Shown: piece by piece, positions 1-9,996 of the stretch
Position numbering within the stretch: the stretch's first letter is position 1
Layout: each line of letters begins with the position of its first letter
NCBI GenBank assembly: GCA_034659455.1
Contig: JAYEHI010000050.1
Location: 1 to 40,679, forward strand
Reading direction: 5' to 3'
Source of the DNA: Campylobacterota bacterium
GTDB lineage: Bacteria > Campylobacterota > Campylobacteria > Campylobacterales > Sulfurimonadaceae
Length of the DNA: 40,679 nucleotides
Notes under the pieces: model-generated
Told to the model about the DNA's origin: nothing
The model's database searches: none
The model's input: the letters and a program-made list of their open reading frames with translations, nothing else
Made by a program: the position numbers and the translations under genes

Positions 1-134
1 TATGCTTGAACACGAGATTTGTCACCCTCTTTAATTGTTACTGCTAAACGAACAGTATCACCAGCACGGAAATCTGGAATATTTTTCTCAGATGTTTGTG
101 CTTTTTCAAAATTTTCAATATATTTATTTCTCAT
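1..134 (-). CDS. rplS: 50S ribosomal protein L19, N-terminal part (runs off the window start)
   Basis: Manual translation from ATG at 134: [44 protein letters not shown], the L19 pattern; lies downstream of trmD. Not in the ORF track. Confidence 0.97.
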   Translation of the reverse strand, partial: MRNKYIENFEKAQTSEKNIPDFRAGDTVRLAVTIKEGDKSRVQA

Positions 135-164
135 AAATAATCCTTAATTTTATTTGCATCAATA

Positions 165-851
165 CTATATATTGTGCTTTTTTAGCTGGTCTGGTCTGAA
201 AAACTTAGTTTTACATTCAGACAGGGCTAATTTTAGTGAGCGAATTTTACTATGATTTCCCTTTAAGTATTCTGATGGAACACTTAAAGAATCATAATCC
301 TTCGGTTTTGAAAATGACGGTGCTTCTAGAAGTGGTGTTTCAAAACTCTCAACAGTTAATGAATCACTATTTCCTAAAACGCCATCTATGTTTCTACTAA
401 CAGCGTCACATATTACTAAAGAGGCTAATTCCCCTCCAGTTAATATGTAATCGCCGATAGAAAACACTTCATCCGCATATTTCTCAATAACTCGCTCATC
501 AATTCCCTCATATCTTCCACTCACAAAAGCTATATGGGACTTAGAGCTCAAACGTTTGGCATCATTTTGCACAAACTGTTTAGCAACTGGAGTCAAAAAA
601 ACTATATGAACATTTTCATCATTTTTTTTCAAATCATCAAGTGCATCAAAAAGAGGCTGAGGGTTCATAACCATTCCAGCCCCACCGCCAACAGCGGTAT
701 CGTCTACCTTAGAGTGCTTATTGAGAGAATAATCTCTAGGATTTAAATAATTAATATTTAACAAATCCTTATCAATAGCACGTTTTAATATAGAGTCTTT
801 AAAGTACCCATCTATTAAATTTGAAAAAAGTGTAACAAAAGTAAAGTTCAT
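165..851 (-). CDS. trmD: tRNA (guanine37-N1)-methyltransferase
   Basis: Motifs VDDTAVGGGAGMVM, GRYEGIDERV, SIGDYILTGGE; canonical operon position. Confidence 0.98.
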   Translation of the reverse strand: MNFTFVTLFSNLIDGYFKDSILKRAIDKDLLNINYLNPRDYSLNKHSKVDDTAVGGGAGMVMNPQPLFDALDDLKKNDENVHIVFLTPVAKQFVQNDAKRLSSKSHIAFVSGRYEGIDERVIEKYADEVFSIGDYILTGGELASLVICDAVSRNIDGVLGNSDSLTVESFETPLLEAPSFSKPKDYDSLSVPSEYLKGNHSKIRSLKLALSECKTKFFRPDQLKKHNI

Positions 852-1411
852 TAAGAGGCTTCTAAAATATCCATACCACCACTTACAGTGATGATCTTTT
901 TATCTATATCTACGTCTTTTTTGAATGGTTCTATAAAGGGAACTAAAAAGCTCTTTGGCAAACCACCTTGAACTAAATTTTCGTCTGTAACTATACTTAA
1001 ATAGTTAGTTATAGCGATTCTTTCAACCTCTTTGACTACACCCAGTAGTTTTCCATCTTCATAAACTTGACAATCTTCTAAGTCAAAGAAAAAGTACTCA
1101 CCCTCTTCAAGATGGCAATTTTTTCTTGTCTCTTCATATGTTGTAAAAAGCTTCGCATTCGTAAACTTTTTAGCATCGTTAATGTCTGAAATATTGTTAA
1201 TTTTAACAAGACCTCTTTCATAGTTTACATCCGTTAAAGTTATTGTATCTTTTTTATTAATCAAAAAAGTACTTCCAACTCTAAACTGCTCCGGAAAATC
1301 CGACTTATCATGTAACTTCATATCACCATGTATACCGACAGTTTTGCCGATGGTAGCTATATGCAACAAAGAGGATTGTACCCCAAGGGCATTTATTCGC
1401 TTAGTACTCAC
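851..1411 (-). CDS. rimM: 16S rRNA processing / ribosome maturation factor RimM
   Basis: IGKTVGIHG, LEEGEYFFFDL, LVPF motifs; between the KH protein and trmD; TAATG overlap with trmD. Confidence 0.96.
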   Translation of the reverse strand: MSTKRINALGVQSSLLHIATIGKTVGIHGDMKLHDKSDFPEQFRVGSTFLINKKDTITLTDVNYERGLVKINNISDINDAKKFTNAKLFTTYEETRKNCHLEEGEYFFFDLEDCQVYEDGKLLGVVKEVERIAITNYLSIVTDENLVQGGLPKSFLVPFIEPFKKDVDIDKKIITVSGGMDILEAS

Positions 1412-1647
1412 TGCAGTGCTTCGACATTTATTCTATAACTTATGCCATCTTTGGCTTTACAGCCAGAAATAACAGTTTTTATAGCTCCAATCATCTTACC
1501 ACTCTTACCAATCAGCTTACCGATGTCAGCTTGATTAGCATAAAGAACTATTTCCGTAACTTCGTCGCCCTCTTGAACTTCAACTCTTATATCATCAGGA
1601 TTTGATGCTATCAGCTTTGCAAATTGTGCGACAAAATCAGCGATCAT
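1408..1647 (-). CDS. khpA: KH-domain RNA-binding protein (KhpA/YlqC family)
   Basis: DIGKLIGKSGKMI GxxG KH motif; between rpsP and rimM. Confidence 0.92.
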   Translation of the reverse strand: MIADFVAQFAKLIASNPDDIRVEVQEGDEVTEIVLYANQADIGKLIGKSGKMIGAIKTVISGCKAKDGISYRINVEALQ

Positions 1648-1649
1648 GA

Positions 1650-1877
1650 CTAACGACCAGTTATCTTTTTAACACGGTCACTCATTTGAGCACCAGTACT
1701 TAACCAGTAGTCAAGTCTTTCGTTGTCAACAACTAATGTTTTCTCTTCATTCATTGGGTTGTAGTGACCAATAAGTTCAATCCAACCACCATCTCTACGT
1801 TTACGGCTATCTGTTACCGCTAAACGATAAAATGGTCTCTTTTTTCTTCCCATACGAGTAAGTCTAATTACTGTCAT
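1650..1877 (-). CDS. rpsP: 30S ribosomal protein S16
   Basis: [15 protein letters not shown]...DSRKRRDG...GAQMSDRV. Confidence 0.99.
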   Translation of the reverse strand: MTVIRLTRMGRKKRPFYRLAVTDSRKRRDGGWIELIGHYNPMNEEKTLVVDNERLDYWLSTGAQMSDRVKKITGR

Positions 1878-2041
1878 TGTGTTTCCTTAAAATAAAATAG
1901 TTGCGGGGTATTTTTGCAGAATAAATATGTTTGTATTTAATACAAGTAGTTTATTGTGCCTCTTACCGCCTTTTGGCGTCTTATATTCTTACAAGAAGAA
2001 TACCTTCTAATCACAGAGGAATTATTTCAGAAGTTATTACG

Positions 2042-2055
2042 ATGGCGGAATTATA
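2042..2055 (-). promoter_or_regulatory. Putative sigma70 -10 box (TATAAT) with GC-rich discriminator for the rpsP operon
   Basis: Minus strand reads TATAATTCCGCCAT; same architecture as upstream of ffh and atpE. Confidence 0.65.
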
Positions 2056-2083
2056 TCGAAGTTTATCTTAAATGTAAATCTTT

Positions 2084-2467
2084 TTACTTATTTTGTGCTT
2101 CAGCAGCTGCTTGTTGTGCTGCAACTTCTTTACGTACTTCATCCATATCTAAAGCTTGTACTTGCTTAATGATATCCTTAAGACCTTCTTCTGGCAAAGC
2201 TCCTGCTTGCTGAAAGATACCAATTTTATCTCTCATGATGATAGTAGTTGGAATAGAACGAACTTGAAAGTAACCAGCTAATTCTTGTTGCTCTTCTGTA
2301 TTTACTTTTCCAAATACGATATCAGGATACTGCTCTGATACTTTTTCATATACTGGTCCATACTGCTTACATGGTCCACACCACTCTGCCCAGCAATCTA
2401 TAATCACGATATCGTTCTCTTCGAGTGTTTTACTAAAGTTCTCTTCTGTTAAATTCAGTGTTGCCAT
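2084..2467 (-). CDS. trxA: Thioredoxin
   Basis: WAEWCGPCK active site, VRSIPT cis-Pro motif, C-terminal helical extension. Confidence 0.9.
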   Translation of the reverse strand: MATLNLTEENFSKTLEENDIVIIDCWAEWCGPCKQYGPVYEKVSEQYPDIVFGKVNTEEQQELAGYFQVRSIPTTIIMRDKIGIFQQAGALPEEGLKDIIKQVQALDMDEVRKEVAAQQAAAEAQNK

Positions 2468-2500
2468 ATTTATCCTTTGATTTTGTTGTTTAAGTTTACT

Positions 2501-3865
2501 TTAGCGAGGTGCACCAGGCATTCCTGGCATACCACCAGGACCACCCATCTGACCCATCATAGCTTGAAGCTGCTTCATCCCATTTTTTCCAGAGAACTTC
2601 TTCGCCATTTTTCCTGCATTTTTGAACTGTTTGATCATACGGTTGATCTCAACTACTGTTAGTCCACACCCCTTAGCGATTCTTGCTTTTCTAGAGTTGT
2701 TAAGCAGGTCTGGATTTTCACGCTCTTTTTGTGTCATAGATGATACCATCGCTTTGATATTTTTAAGTTCACCAGAGTTTTCAAAGTCAAAATCTTTGAC
2801 CGCTTTACTCATTCCACTCATACCAGGTATCATTCCCATGATAGAACTCATACTACCCATTTTTTTCATAGATTCCATCTGCTCTAAAAAGTCGTTAAAA
2901 TTAAACTTCCCTTTTTGAATCTTTTTCGTTAAACGTTTTGCATCTTTTTCATCTATTGCATTAGCAGTCTTCTCTGCTAACCCTTCAACATCACCAAATC
3001 CCATAAGACGATTTATGATACGTTCAGGTATAAAGACTTCGAGGTCTTCCATCTTCTCACCACTACCGATAAAACGCAGAGGTACTTCAACTTGGCTTGA
3101 GAGACCAAGTGCTACACCACCCTTAGAATCACCATCATATTTAGAAAGAATAACACCATCGATTCCGATTTTCTCTTTAAAAGTAGTCGCAGTTCTTATA
3201 GCATCTTGACCCGTTAAAGAATCTGCTACATAAAAAATCTCATCAGGAGATGCTACTCTTTTCACATCTTCCAACTCTGTCATTAATTCATCATCTATAG
3301 CTAAACGCCCAGCTGTATCTATTAAAACAACATCAAAAATTTTCGAGTTAGCATACTCCATCGCTGCTTTCACAACCTCTACAGGGTTTTTCGTCGCTTC
3401 ATCTTCGTATAGTTCTACTTCTATCTGTGTTGTTATCTGACGAAGCTGTTCAACCGCTGCTAAACGCTGTAAATCGGCCGCAACTATAAGAACTTTTTTC
3501 TGTTTATTTTTTAAGTAAGTAGCTAGTTTACCCGTTGTAGTCGTTTTACCTGAACCTTGAAGTCCTGTCATAAGTATAGTCGTAGGAGGATTTGGTGCAA
3601 AAACGAACCCTTTGTTGCCACCAATTTCTAAAAGAGCGTTTAGGGACTCTCTAAGAGCTTCTAAGAATTGATCTTTTCCAATTCCTTTCTCTTTTGTAAG
3701 AGTTTGTACTTGGGTTATTAGACCTTTTACAACTTTATGGTTCACATCAGCTTTTAAAAGATTTTTTTTGAGTTCGCCTAGTGCTTTTGTGAGTGCCTTG
3801 TCATCGTCATGAAAACGAATCTTCTTTATGGCACTTGTAAATGAGTCTGTTAAAGTGTCAAACAT
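2501..3865 (-). CDS. ffh: Signal recognition particle protein
   Basis: GLQGSGKTTT, DTAGR, SKYDGDSKGG GTPase motifs; Met-rich M domain. Confidence 0.99.
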   Translation of the reverse strand: MFDTLTDSFTSAIKKIRFHDDDKALTKALGELKKNLLKADVNHKVVKGLITQVQTLTKEKGIGKDQFLEALRESLNALLEIGGNKGFVFAPNPPTTILMTGLQGSGKTTTTGKLATYLKNKQKKVLIVAADLQRLAAVEQLRQITTQIEVELYEDEATKNPVEVVKAAMEYANSKIFDVVLIDTAGRLAIDDELMTELEDVKRVASPDEIFYVADSLTGQDAIRTATTFKEKIGIDGVILSKYDGDSKGGVALGLSSQVEVPLRFIGSGEKMEDLEVFIPERIINRLMGFGDVEGLAEKTANAIDEKDAKRLTKKIQKGKFNFNDFLEQMESMKKMGSMSSIMGMIPGMSGMSKAVKDFDFENSGELKNIKAMVSSMTQKERENPDLLNNSRKARIAKGCGLTVVEINRMIKQFKNAGKMAKKFSGKNGMKQLQAMMGQMGGPGGMPGMPGAPR

Positions 3866-3893
3866 ATAATTCTCTCTTGTTGTAGGTATAAAA

Positions 3894-3906
3894 GTGGCGG
3901 ATTATA
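3894..3906 (-). promoter_or_regulatory. Putative sigma70 -10 box with GC-rich discriminator for ffh
   Basis: Minus strand TATAATCCGCCAC, about 35 nt upstream of the ffh start. Confidence 0.65.
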
Positions 3907-3940
3907 GCTTAATTTTGCTTGAAGGATTCTTTATAGTTAC

Positions 3941-3966
3941 AGAGCAAGAGAAAATCGCTCTGCTCT
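3941..3966 (-). terminator. Stem-loop downstream of the rluA-like gene (possible terminator)
   Basis: Inverted repeat AGAGCA-AGAG...CTC-TGCTCT just after the stop; U-tract is weak. Confidence 0.4.
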
Positions 3967-3982
3967 CTTTTAAGTCCTAAAC

Positions 3983-4723
3983 TTATTGAAAGTTAATAAA
4001 CTCACGTGGTTCTGGCGATACAAACTCCATGCCAAGAAGTCTCACTTTATGAGCGTGAAGCATAACTCTTTTGGTTTTACGTCCACCATACTGCACGTCA
4101 CCAACTATTGGATGATCTATATAACGAAGATGCACACGAATCTGGTGTGTACGCCCATGATGAATGATACATTTGATTTTTGTCTTATTTGCACTTACTA
4201 AGTCTGGAAAAAACTCACTACGAGCAGGTTTTCCTTTGGGCGATACATTTGAGAATGCTTTATTATTTTTCTTCTGAGTAATGATGCCTTTGTCAACTTC
4301 TACAGGCTCGCTCATTATCCCTTCAACCCATGCGATGTACTCTTTGTATACTCTGTCTTGTTTAAACTCTTTGATAGCTTTCTCACGAAACTCTTCATTT
4401 TTAACTAGCATTAAAACGCCACTTGTTTCACGGTCAAGTCTATGTAGTAGTACAGCTGGTTTGAACTGGCGTTCTAGTTCATCTGAGTTTACATAAGGAG
4501 GTTTATCCACTACTAAAATGTCATCATTTTCAAAAATGATTTTTGCTTTTTCGAGCTTCATTACTCTGAATTTTGTATCTGTATTTATCTCACCACGAGC
4601 GATCATTACTTTTTTATTTCCAACATATACAAGTCCACGATCTATCATCGACTTCGCATTAGAGTTTGAAATTCCTTCTTGTATTGCAACAAGTTTATAT
4701 GCTTTTTCTGTAGCCATACTCAT
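3983..4723 (-). CDS. RluA-family RNA pseudouridine synthase with N-terminal S4-like region
   Basis: LLHRLDRETSG catalytic Asp motif, GRTHQIRVH, HPIVGD..YG. Confidence 0.95.
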   Translation of the reverse strand: MSMATEKAYKLVAIQEGISNSNAKSMIDRGLVYVGNKKVMIARGEINTDTKFRVMKLEKAKIIFENDDILVVDKPPYVNSDELERQFKPAVLLHRLDRETSGVLMLVKNEEFREKAIKEFKQDRVYKEYIAWVEGIMSEPVEVDKGIITQKKNNKAFSNVSPKGKPARSEFFPDLVSANKTKIKCIIHHGRTHQIRVHLRYIDHPIVGDVQYGGRKTKRVMLHAHKVRLLGMEFVSPEPREFINFQ

Positions 4724-5886
4724 GACTCCTTAATTTTATTTATAATAGGTTCTAAATCTATCTTCTCTTCTACCACTGAAGGTGGAAGCTCTTTTGCCTC
4801 TCTGAGTGCCTTATGTATATAATCACTCTCTACATACTGTACATGATGGACACACTTAAAAAGTTCCTTCTGATGAAAGAAGTGTTTTCCAGTTATTATT
4901 TTACACCCAAAGTAAGCCGGTTCAAGTGGATTGTGTCCACCTATGTCATCCTTAAACGCACCACCAAGTATAGCTATGTCACTTATGGCATATATATTGT
5001 TTAGTTCTCCCATCATGTCAACAAGAACTATATCTGAGTCAAAACTCTTGTCCTCAGAAAAACGCGAAAGTGTTAAAGAGTTCTCAGTTGCATAACTCTT
5101 GAGTAATTCATAAACGCCATCGAAGCGCTCAGGATGACGAGGTACAACAACTAGTTTGGCGTTTGAGCTCACTCTGTACTCGACAAATGCCTTTATGACA
5201 CTCTCTTCTTCACCCTCGTGAGTACTTCCTGCTACTATGAGTTCACAACTTGGTTTCTCATACTCTTGCGTTTTTTTTATCTCGCCTGCAAGTTTTATGT
5301 TACCAATGACTTCTATGTTTCTAGCTCCAAGTGCTAAAAATCTATTTTTATCTACTTCACTCTGCACATAGATAGTCTCAACATAAGATAGAAGTTTTTT
5401 ATAAAACCATGCAAACTGAAGATACTTCTTTACACTTTTATCAGAAATTCTAGCATTTAAAAGAACTACTCTTGTTCCTCGACTAAATGCCACTGCAAAA
5501 AGAAGGTACCAAAACTCTGCTTCAAGTACTACAAGTAGTTTTTGTTTCTTAACCCAAAATGGTAAGAACATCTCATAAGGCAAGTACCTCACCTGGGCAT
5601 TATATTTTTTCGCTTGAATTTGACCAGTCTGAGTTATCGTCGTGATGAGAACATTACTATCATCTAACTCTTTTAGTATTGGCTTGAGTGCATTAGCTTC
5701 GCCTAATGAGCAAACATGGAACCAGATAGAATCTTGACTTGTAAAACGTGGATTTTTAAAAAGAAAAAAACGTGCGGGAATTGACTCTCTGTACTTTTCC
5801 TTAAACGCTAAATAGAGCAAAAGCGGCAGCGCTAAAAAAAATAGCCCTACGCTTACTGCAAAATAGAGTAAGGTAAAGGGTTTCAA
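4720..5886 (-). CDS. waaA: 3-deoxy-D-manno-octulosonic acid (Kdo) transferase
   Basis: IWFHVCSLGE, NARISDKS, GSTHEGEE, VPRHPERF, GGHNPLEPA motifs; TTG start. Confidence 0.96.
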   Translation of the reverse strand: MKPFTLLYFAVSVGLFFLALPLLLYLAFKEKYRESIPARFFLFKNPRFTSQDSIWFHVCSLGEANALKPILKELDDSNVLITTITQTGQIQAKKYNAQVRYLPYEMFLPFWVKKQKLLVVLEAEFWYLLFAVAFSRGTRVVLLNARISDKSVKKYLQFAWFYKKLLSYVETIYVQSEVDKNRFLALGARNIEVIGNIKLAGEIKKTQEYEKPSCELIVAGSTHEGEEESVIKAFVEYRVSSNAKLVVVPRHPERFDGVYELLKSYATENSLTLSRFSEDKSFDSDIVLVDMMGELNNIYAISDIAILGGAFKDDIGGHNPLEPAYFGCKIITGKHFFHQKELFKCVHHVQYVESDYIHKALREAKELPPSVVEEKIDLEPIINKIKES

Positions 5887-5888
5887 AC

Positions 5889-6602
5889 CTACTCTTCGTT
5901 AGGCTTCATGTAAAGGATTCTTCCACAGTGAGGACAAGTAGTTATATCTTCAGCTTTTATAACATCTGCATAAACCTTATCACCGATGATCATATGACAG
6001 CCCATACAAGCTTGATCTTCAACTGGAACTACAGTTGTGTTTTTAGCCCAACGACGAATCTTTTGGTAAAAAGCCAAACCTTTTTGGTTTATTTCACCAA
6101 GTAGCTTCTCTTTTTTTACAAAAACCTCTTGTCTCTCTTTATTGATAGACTCAAGCCTAGCATCTACATCAGCTTTAACACTCTCTAAAGACTCAGTTAA
6201 CTCAACAAGAGAAGTTTTCGCTACTTCTATCTGCTCGTTTTTAACTTCGATGATTTTTTCAAGTCTTTCTATCTCTTCATTTGCGAAAGTAACTTGTTCT
6301 TTTGCTATCTCCTCTTCAAGTTGGAGTGACTTCATTTCACGTTCAGTTTTAATCTCACCGCTTTTCTTGGAGTTCTCTTCAAGTTTTTGTGAAAGTTCTG
6401 CAAGATGGAGTTCATTTTTACTTTTTTTAAGCTCTTCGTCTTTGATTTCACTAGTTAAGTTCTCAATATCAGACTCGATACTCTGAGTTTTTGCTAAAGC
6501 AGCTTCATAGTTGTAGTTTGCTTCTTCAATTTGAGGTTCAAATGCATCGATATCTTTATCTACGATAGACAAGTCGATAAGCTGTTGAAGATGGTTGTTC
6601 AT
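5889..6602 (-). CDS. Coiled-coil protein with C-terminal C4 zinc ribbon (DUF164 / HP0958-like)
   Basis: Long heptad-rich helix followed by CMGC...CPHCGRIL; between Nif3 and waaA. Confidence 0.9.
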   Translation of the reverse strand: MNNHLQQLIDLSIVDKDIDAFEPQIEEANYNYEAALAKTQSIESDIENLTSEIKDEELKKSKNELHLAELSQKLEENSKKSGEIKTEREMKSLQLEEEIAKEQVTFANEEIERLEKIIEVKNEQIEVAKTSLVELTESLESVKADVDARLESINKERQEVFVKKEKLLGEINQKGLAFYQKIRRWAKNTTVVPVEDQACMGCHMIIGDKVYADVIKAEDITTCPHCGRILYMKPNEE

Positions 6603-6611
6603 TGGTGTCCT

Positions 6612-7340
6612 TTAGGGGTGTATATATGTAAATGGGTTTTCTGATGACGCAATTATAACTTTTAAACCTAAATTTTTCAAATGTTTCTCTAAAATTTTTC
6701 CAAAAAAACACTCACTTTCGTAATGTCCTATGTCAATAAGAGAGAGGTTTATGCTTTTTGCTTCCATCGCGTCATGGTATTTCACATCACCAGTTAAGAA
6801 ACAATCTGCATCTAAACTTCGCATAAGTGAACAACCCGAACCAGTAGTAAGAGCGACCTTTGATACATGAGAGCTACACTTTACAGTACGAACGACATCA
6901 AGTCCAAATGCTAAAGAAACTCTTTTTGCAAAGCTGTCGAAATTCTCATCTATATCTAGATAAGCGACAAAGCCATCTTTTTTTGCAATTTCACATCCGA
7001 GTACCTCTTTAGCAACGTACTCATTAAGGTGTGTTTGATCAAAATTTGTATGCATTGCAATATTGCTAATATTTTTTTGTATCATTTTCTGTATAAGGTT
7101 TGCTGGATATTTACTAAATTCAAGCTGCTTCAACCCACCAAATATTATGGGATGATGCGTGATGAGAAGTGTGTTGTTTTCTAGTGAATCAATAAGCTCT
7201 TCATCAACGTCTATACTAAGTGCTATTTGTGAGATCTCTTCACCAAAATCGCCAACTAACAGACCAGAATTATCCCACTTCTCTTGGAGTTCAAAAGGGG
7301 AGAGTTCGTTTAAAAATTCATATATTTCAAGAAGTTTCAT
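6612..7340 (-). CDS. Nif3-like dinuclear metal centre protein (DUF34)
   Basis: WDNSGLLVG, ITHHP, MHTNFD, TGDVKYH, IGHYESE. Confidence 0.95.
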   Translation of the reverse strand: MKLLEIYEFLNELSPFELQEKWDNSGLLVGDFGEEISQIALSIDVDEELIDSLENNTLLITHHPIIFGGLKQLEFSKYPANLIQKMIQKNISNIAMHTNFDQTHLNEYVAKEVLGCEIAKKDGFVAYLDIDENFDSFAKRVSLAFGLDVVRTVKCSSHVSKVALTTGSGCSLMRSLDADCFLTGDVKYHDAMEAKSINLSLIDIGHYESECFFGKILEKHLKNLGLKVIIASSENPFTYIHP

Positions 7341-7341
7341 C

Positions 7342-7860
7342 TTACTTTCCTACGTTTAACTTATCAAGTGCTTCTTTGGCTTTTTCAAGATTAGGTTCAA
7401 TCTCTAATGCTGCGTTGAGATGCGTTCTTGCAGATGCAAACTCTGATTCTTCCATGTATATCAGTGCCATTTCTAAGTGAGTAAATGGATTTTCACCATC
7501 AACACTTAGTGCTTCTTTAAAAGAGTCTAGTGCTTCTTCGTTTCTCTTTTGAAGTGCTAGTACATAACCCATCTTGAAAAGTGTCTCCCCATTGTTAGGT
7601 TCTTTAATATTTGCTTCACTATAGATAGCCAAAGCTTTTTGAAGGTCACCTTTTTGTACCTCTTCATCTGCTTTTTCAATGAGTGAAGCAGAATCAAAAG
7701 TAGAAAATGCTTCTACTGATCTTGGTGTTTGTATATCAGACTCTTCATTTTCACTGTTTTCATTATTTTCTTTTGGATCTTGCAGGGTCTGAATATGTTC
7801 ATAAATTTTAAATGCAAAAAAAGCGGATGCTCCAAGCATCAATATTTGAAAAAGTGTCAT
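7342..7860 (-). CDS. Membrane-anchored tetratricopeptide repeat protein
   Basis: N-terminal hydrophobic helix, acidic linker, about three TPR-like repeats (e.g. LFKMGYVLALQKRNEEALDSFKEAL). Confidence 0.85.
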   Translation of the reverse strand: MTLFQILMLGASAFFAFKIYEHIQTLQDPKENNENSENEESDIQTPRSVEAFSTFDSASLIEKADEEVQKGDLQKALAIYSEANIKEPNNGETLFKMGYVLALQKRNEEALDSFKEALSVDGENPFTHLEMALIYMEESEFASARTHLNAALEIEPNLEKAKEALDKLNVGK

Positions 7861-8747
7861 TATTGTTTAGTTCCTTTGTTATTTAGTAAATTTTTATTCA
7901 TCAGTGCAATAAGTTGCAGAGGATCTACTTGAATCCCATTTATTCTAGCTGAAAAATGCAAATGAGGTCCAGTGACCCTTCCACTCTTTCCTGAAAGACC
8001 AAGTTTCTCACCTTTTTTGACCAACTGATTTTTTGCAACACTAAACGAGCTCATGTGAAAATAGCAAGTATAAATACCCTCGCCATGATCGAGTAAAACG
8101 GTTCCGCCTGAGTAAAACCTATCTTTAACTAAGACCACTCGTCCATCATTGGCTGCTATAATAGGTGTACCTACTTTAGCACGGTAATCCGTTCCACTAT
8201 GATACCCTTTGAGTGAGCCGTTATAGATTCTAGCCTTTCCAAAAGAGCTTGTTATCTTAGAGCTCATCGGCTCTATAAACCCTGAAGATATATAACTTTT
8301 AGGTGTAACAGTATTGTAGATTTTCATAGCCTCTGCATACTCTTTTGACACTCTTTTCTTTACCTCTTTGCTTTGAGGGTTTACCTTAGAACTGCTTACT
8401 GTTATCTCTTCTTTTTCATACTGCCCATCTACTACTTTTAAAAGCATTGTTTCATTTTTAAGTTTTTTATTTTGTAAGTAACTGATATGAAGGGTTTTAT
8501 TTTCCGGTTTTTCATAGTAACTAAATGGTATAAGTGCATATTTAAAAGATTTGTTTTTAGGTTTATCAAAAACTTGAAATATTTTTTTACCCACTTTGAC
8601 ACTCTTGTAAACGATGCCACTCTGTGGTAAAAACTCTAAAAGTACAGTTTTCCCATTTGCAATTTTATAGTCCGATACCTCAACCTTAGTGATGTCAAAT
8701 GCCACTAAAAAAGAGAGTGAAGAGAAAAAAAGAGCTAAGAGTTTCAT
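7860..8747 (-). CDS. M23-family metallopeptidase (peptidoglycan DD-endopeptidase-like), secreted
   Basis: Signal peptide; HSGTD (HxxxD) and TGPHLHF (HxH) zinc motifs. Confidence 0.94.
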   Translation of the reverse strand: MKLLALFFSSLSFLVAFDITKVEVSDYKIANGKTVLLEFLPQSGIVYKSVKVGKKIFQVFDKPKNKSFKYALIPFSYYEKPENKTLHISYLQNKKLKNETMLLKVVDGQYEKEEITVSSSKVNPQSKEVKKRVSKEYAEAMKIYNTVTPKSYISSGFIEPMSSKITSSFGKARIYNGSLKGYHSGTDYRAKVGTPIIAANDGRVVLVKDRFYSGGTVLLDHGEGIYTCYFHMSSFSVAKNQLVKKGEKLGLSGKSGRVTGPHLHFSARINGIQVDPLQLIALMNKNLLNNKGTKQ

Positions 8748-9199
8748 TAGTAATCCTTCATCGCCCTAGCGATATCTCTCTTTTGATCTTTTGCTTTTAG
8801 GTCTTGGCGTTTATCATGGAGTTGCTTCCCTTTTGCTATGCCTATCTGAATTTTTGCAAGGTTTCTATCATTAAAATAGAGCTGAATTGGCACTATCGTA
8901 TACCCATCTCGGTTTACAGCTTTAAGCATCTTCTCTATCTGCTTTTTGTGAAGTAGCAGTTTTCTAGCACCTCTCTCCTCATGTCCATAAAAGTGATTTG
9001 TTGTTTCTAGTCTACCTATATGAGCATTAAAAAGAGTCGGCTCATTTTTTACAAACTTTATAAAACTATCTTTTAGGTTTACACGATGTGCGCGTATACC
9101 CTTCACTTCACTCCCTGTTAAAACCAAACCAGCTTCAAACTTCTCTTCTATAAAGTAGTCATGATATGCTTTTTTATTTTTTGCTATTGTCTCACCCAT
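8747..9199 (-). CDS. smpB: SsrA-binding protein
   Basis: [36 protein letters not shown]. Confidence 0.99.
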   Translation of the reverse strand: MGETIAKNKKAYHDYFIEEKFEAGLVLTGSEVKGIRAHRVNLKDSFIKFVKNEPTLFNAHIGRLETTNHFYGHEERGARKLLLHKKQIEKMLKAVNRDGYTIVPIQLYFNDRNLAKIQIGIAKGKQLHDKRQDLKAKDQKRDIARAMKDY

Positions 9200-9992
9200 T
9201 TGATATTCTCTCTTTTACTCTAAAAAAACTACTCCCACTTCCACTAAAGAAGTATCCACTTTTAAAATGATTTTTCAACTCTTTATACTCTTGAAGAGCT
9301 GGCTTAAAAAGGTCATTTGCCTCATCTGCACTCATCTTTTCTAGTATATCAAGACTATATGTCTCTTTTAACTCTTGCGTCTCAAAGCCATCTATAGGAG
9401 CAAAAAAATCTTCTCTATATACTGTGTATACTTGAGGGGTACTTATCTCTATTTTTGGAGTGTATGTTTCAATATCTAAAAGCTCCTCTTTAAACTCCTC
9501 GACTACCTCTCCTATTCCACTTACATTTGCGCTATCATAGCCATATATAAAAAATGGAACATCCGCACCGACTTTAAGTCCGATAACTGCCAACTCATTG
9601 AGGCTTAACCCTAAATCTAAAACACCATTACACATCTTAAGGTAAGTCGCAGCATCGCTACTGCCCCCACCAAGCCCAGCAAATGCTGGTATGTTTTTTG
9701 TAACTTTTACGGCATAAGTACACATAAGCTCTTCTAGTTTTTGAGACTTAGTTGCCTCTTTTAAAGCGAAGTAAGCTTTGTAGATAGTATTTTGCTCTGT
9801 TGCACATGCAAAATCTCCTACTATCTTAAACTCTCCCGCTCTAGAATCTGTCTCCTCTTTTTTAGCAAACTCCAACTCATCATACAAGTTATCCACTCTC
9901 ATAAAACGCGAAACGATTTCATGGTAATTGCCACGAGTTCCCGTTATTTTTAAAAATATATTTACTTTTGCATAAGCTTTATATTTTTTCAT
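9192..9992 (-). CDS. ispE: 4-diphosphocytidyl-2-C-methyl-D-erythritol kinase
   Basis: [37 protein letters not shown]. Confidence 0.97.
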   Translation of the reverse strand: MKKYKAYAKVNIFLKITGTRGNYHEIVSRFMRVDNLYDELEFAKKEETDSRAGEFKIVGDFACATEQNTIYKAYFALKEATKSQKLEELMCTYAVKVTKNIPAFAGLGGGSSDAATYLKMCNGVLDLGLSLNELAVIGLKVGADVPFFIYGYDSANVSGIGEVVEEFKEELLDIETYTPKIEISTPQVYTVYREDFFAPIDGFETQELKETYSLDILEKMSADEANDLFKPALQEYKELKNHFKSGYFFSGSGSSFFRVKERISNG

Positions 9993-9996
9993 ATTT

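Noticed and set aside
1956-2213. 85-aa + strand ORF, and a 25-codon GTG-started basic minus-strand peptide in the rpsP leader
   Set aside because: The first is antisense to trx and the leader; the second has no RBS. No support for either.
9831-9855. Possible REP-derived insertion in ispE (TDSRAGE)
   Set aside because: No convincing palindrome and no second copy; could be ordinary loop variation.
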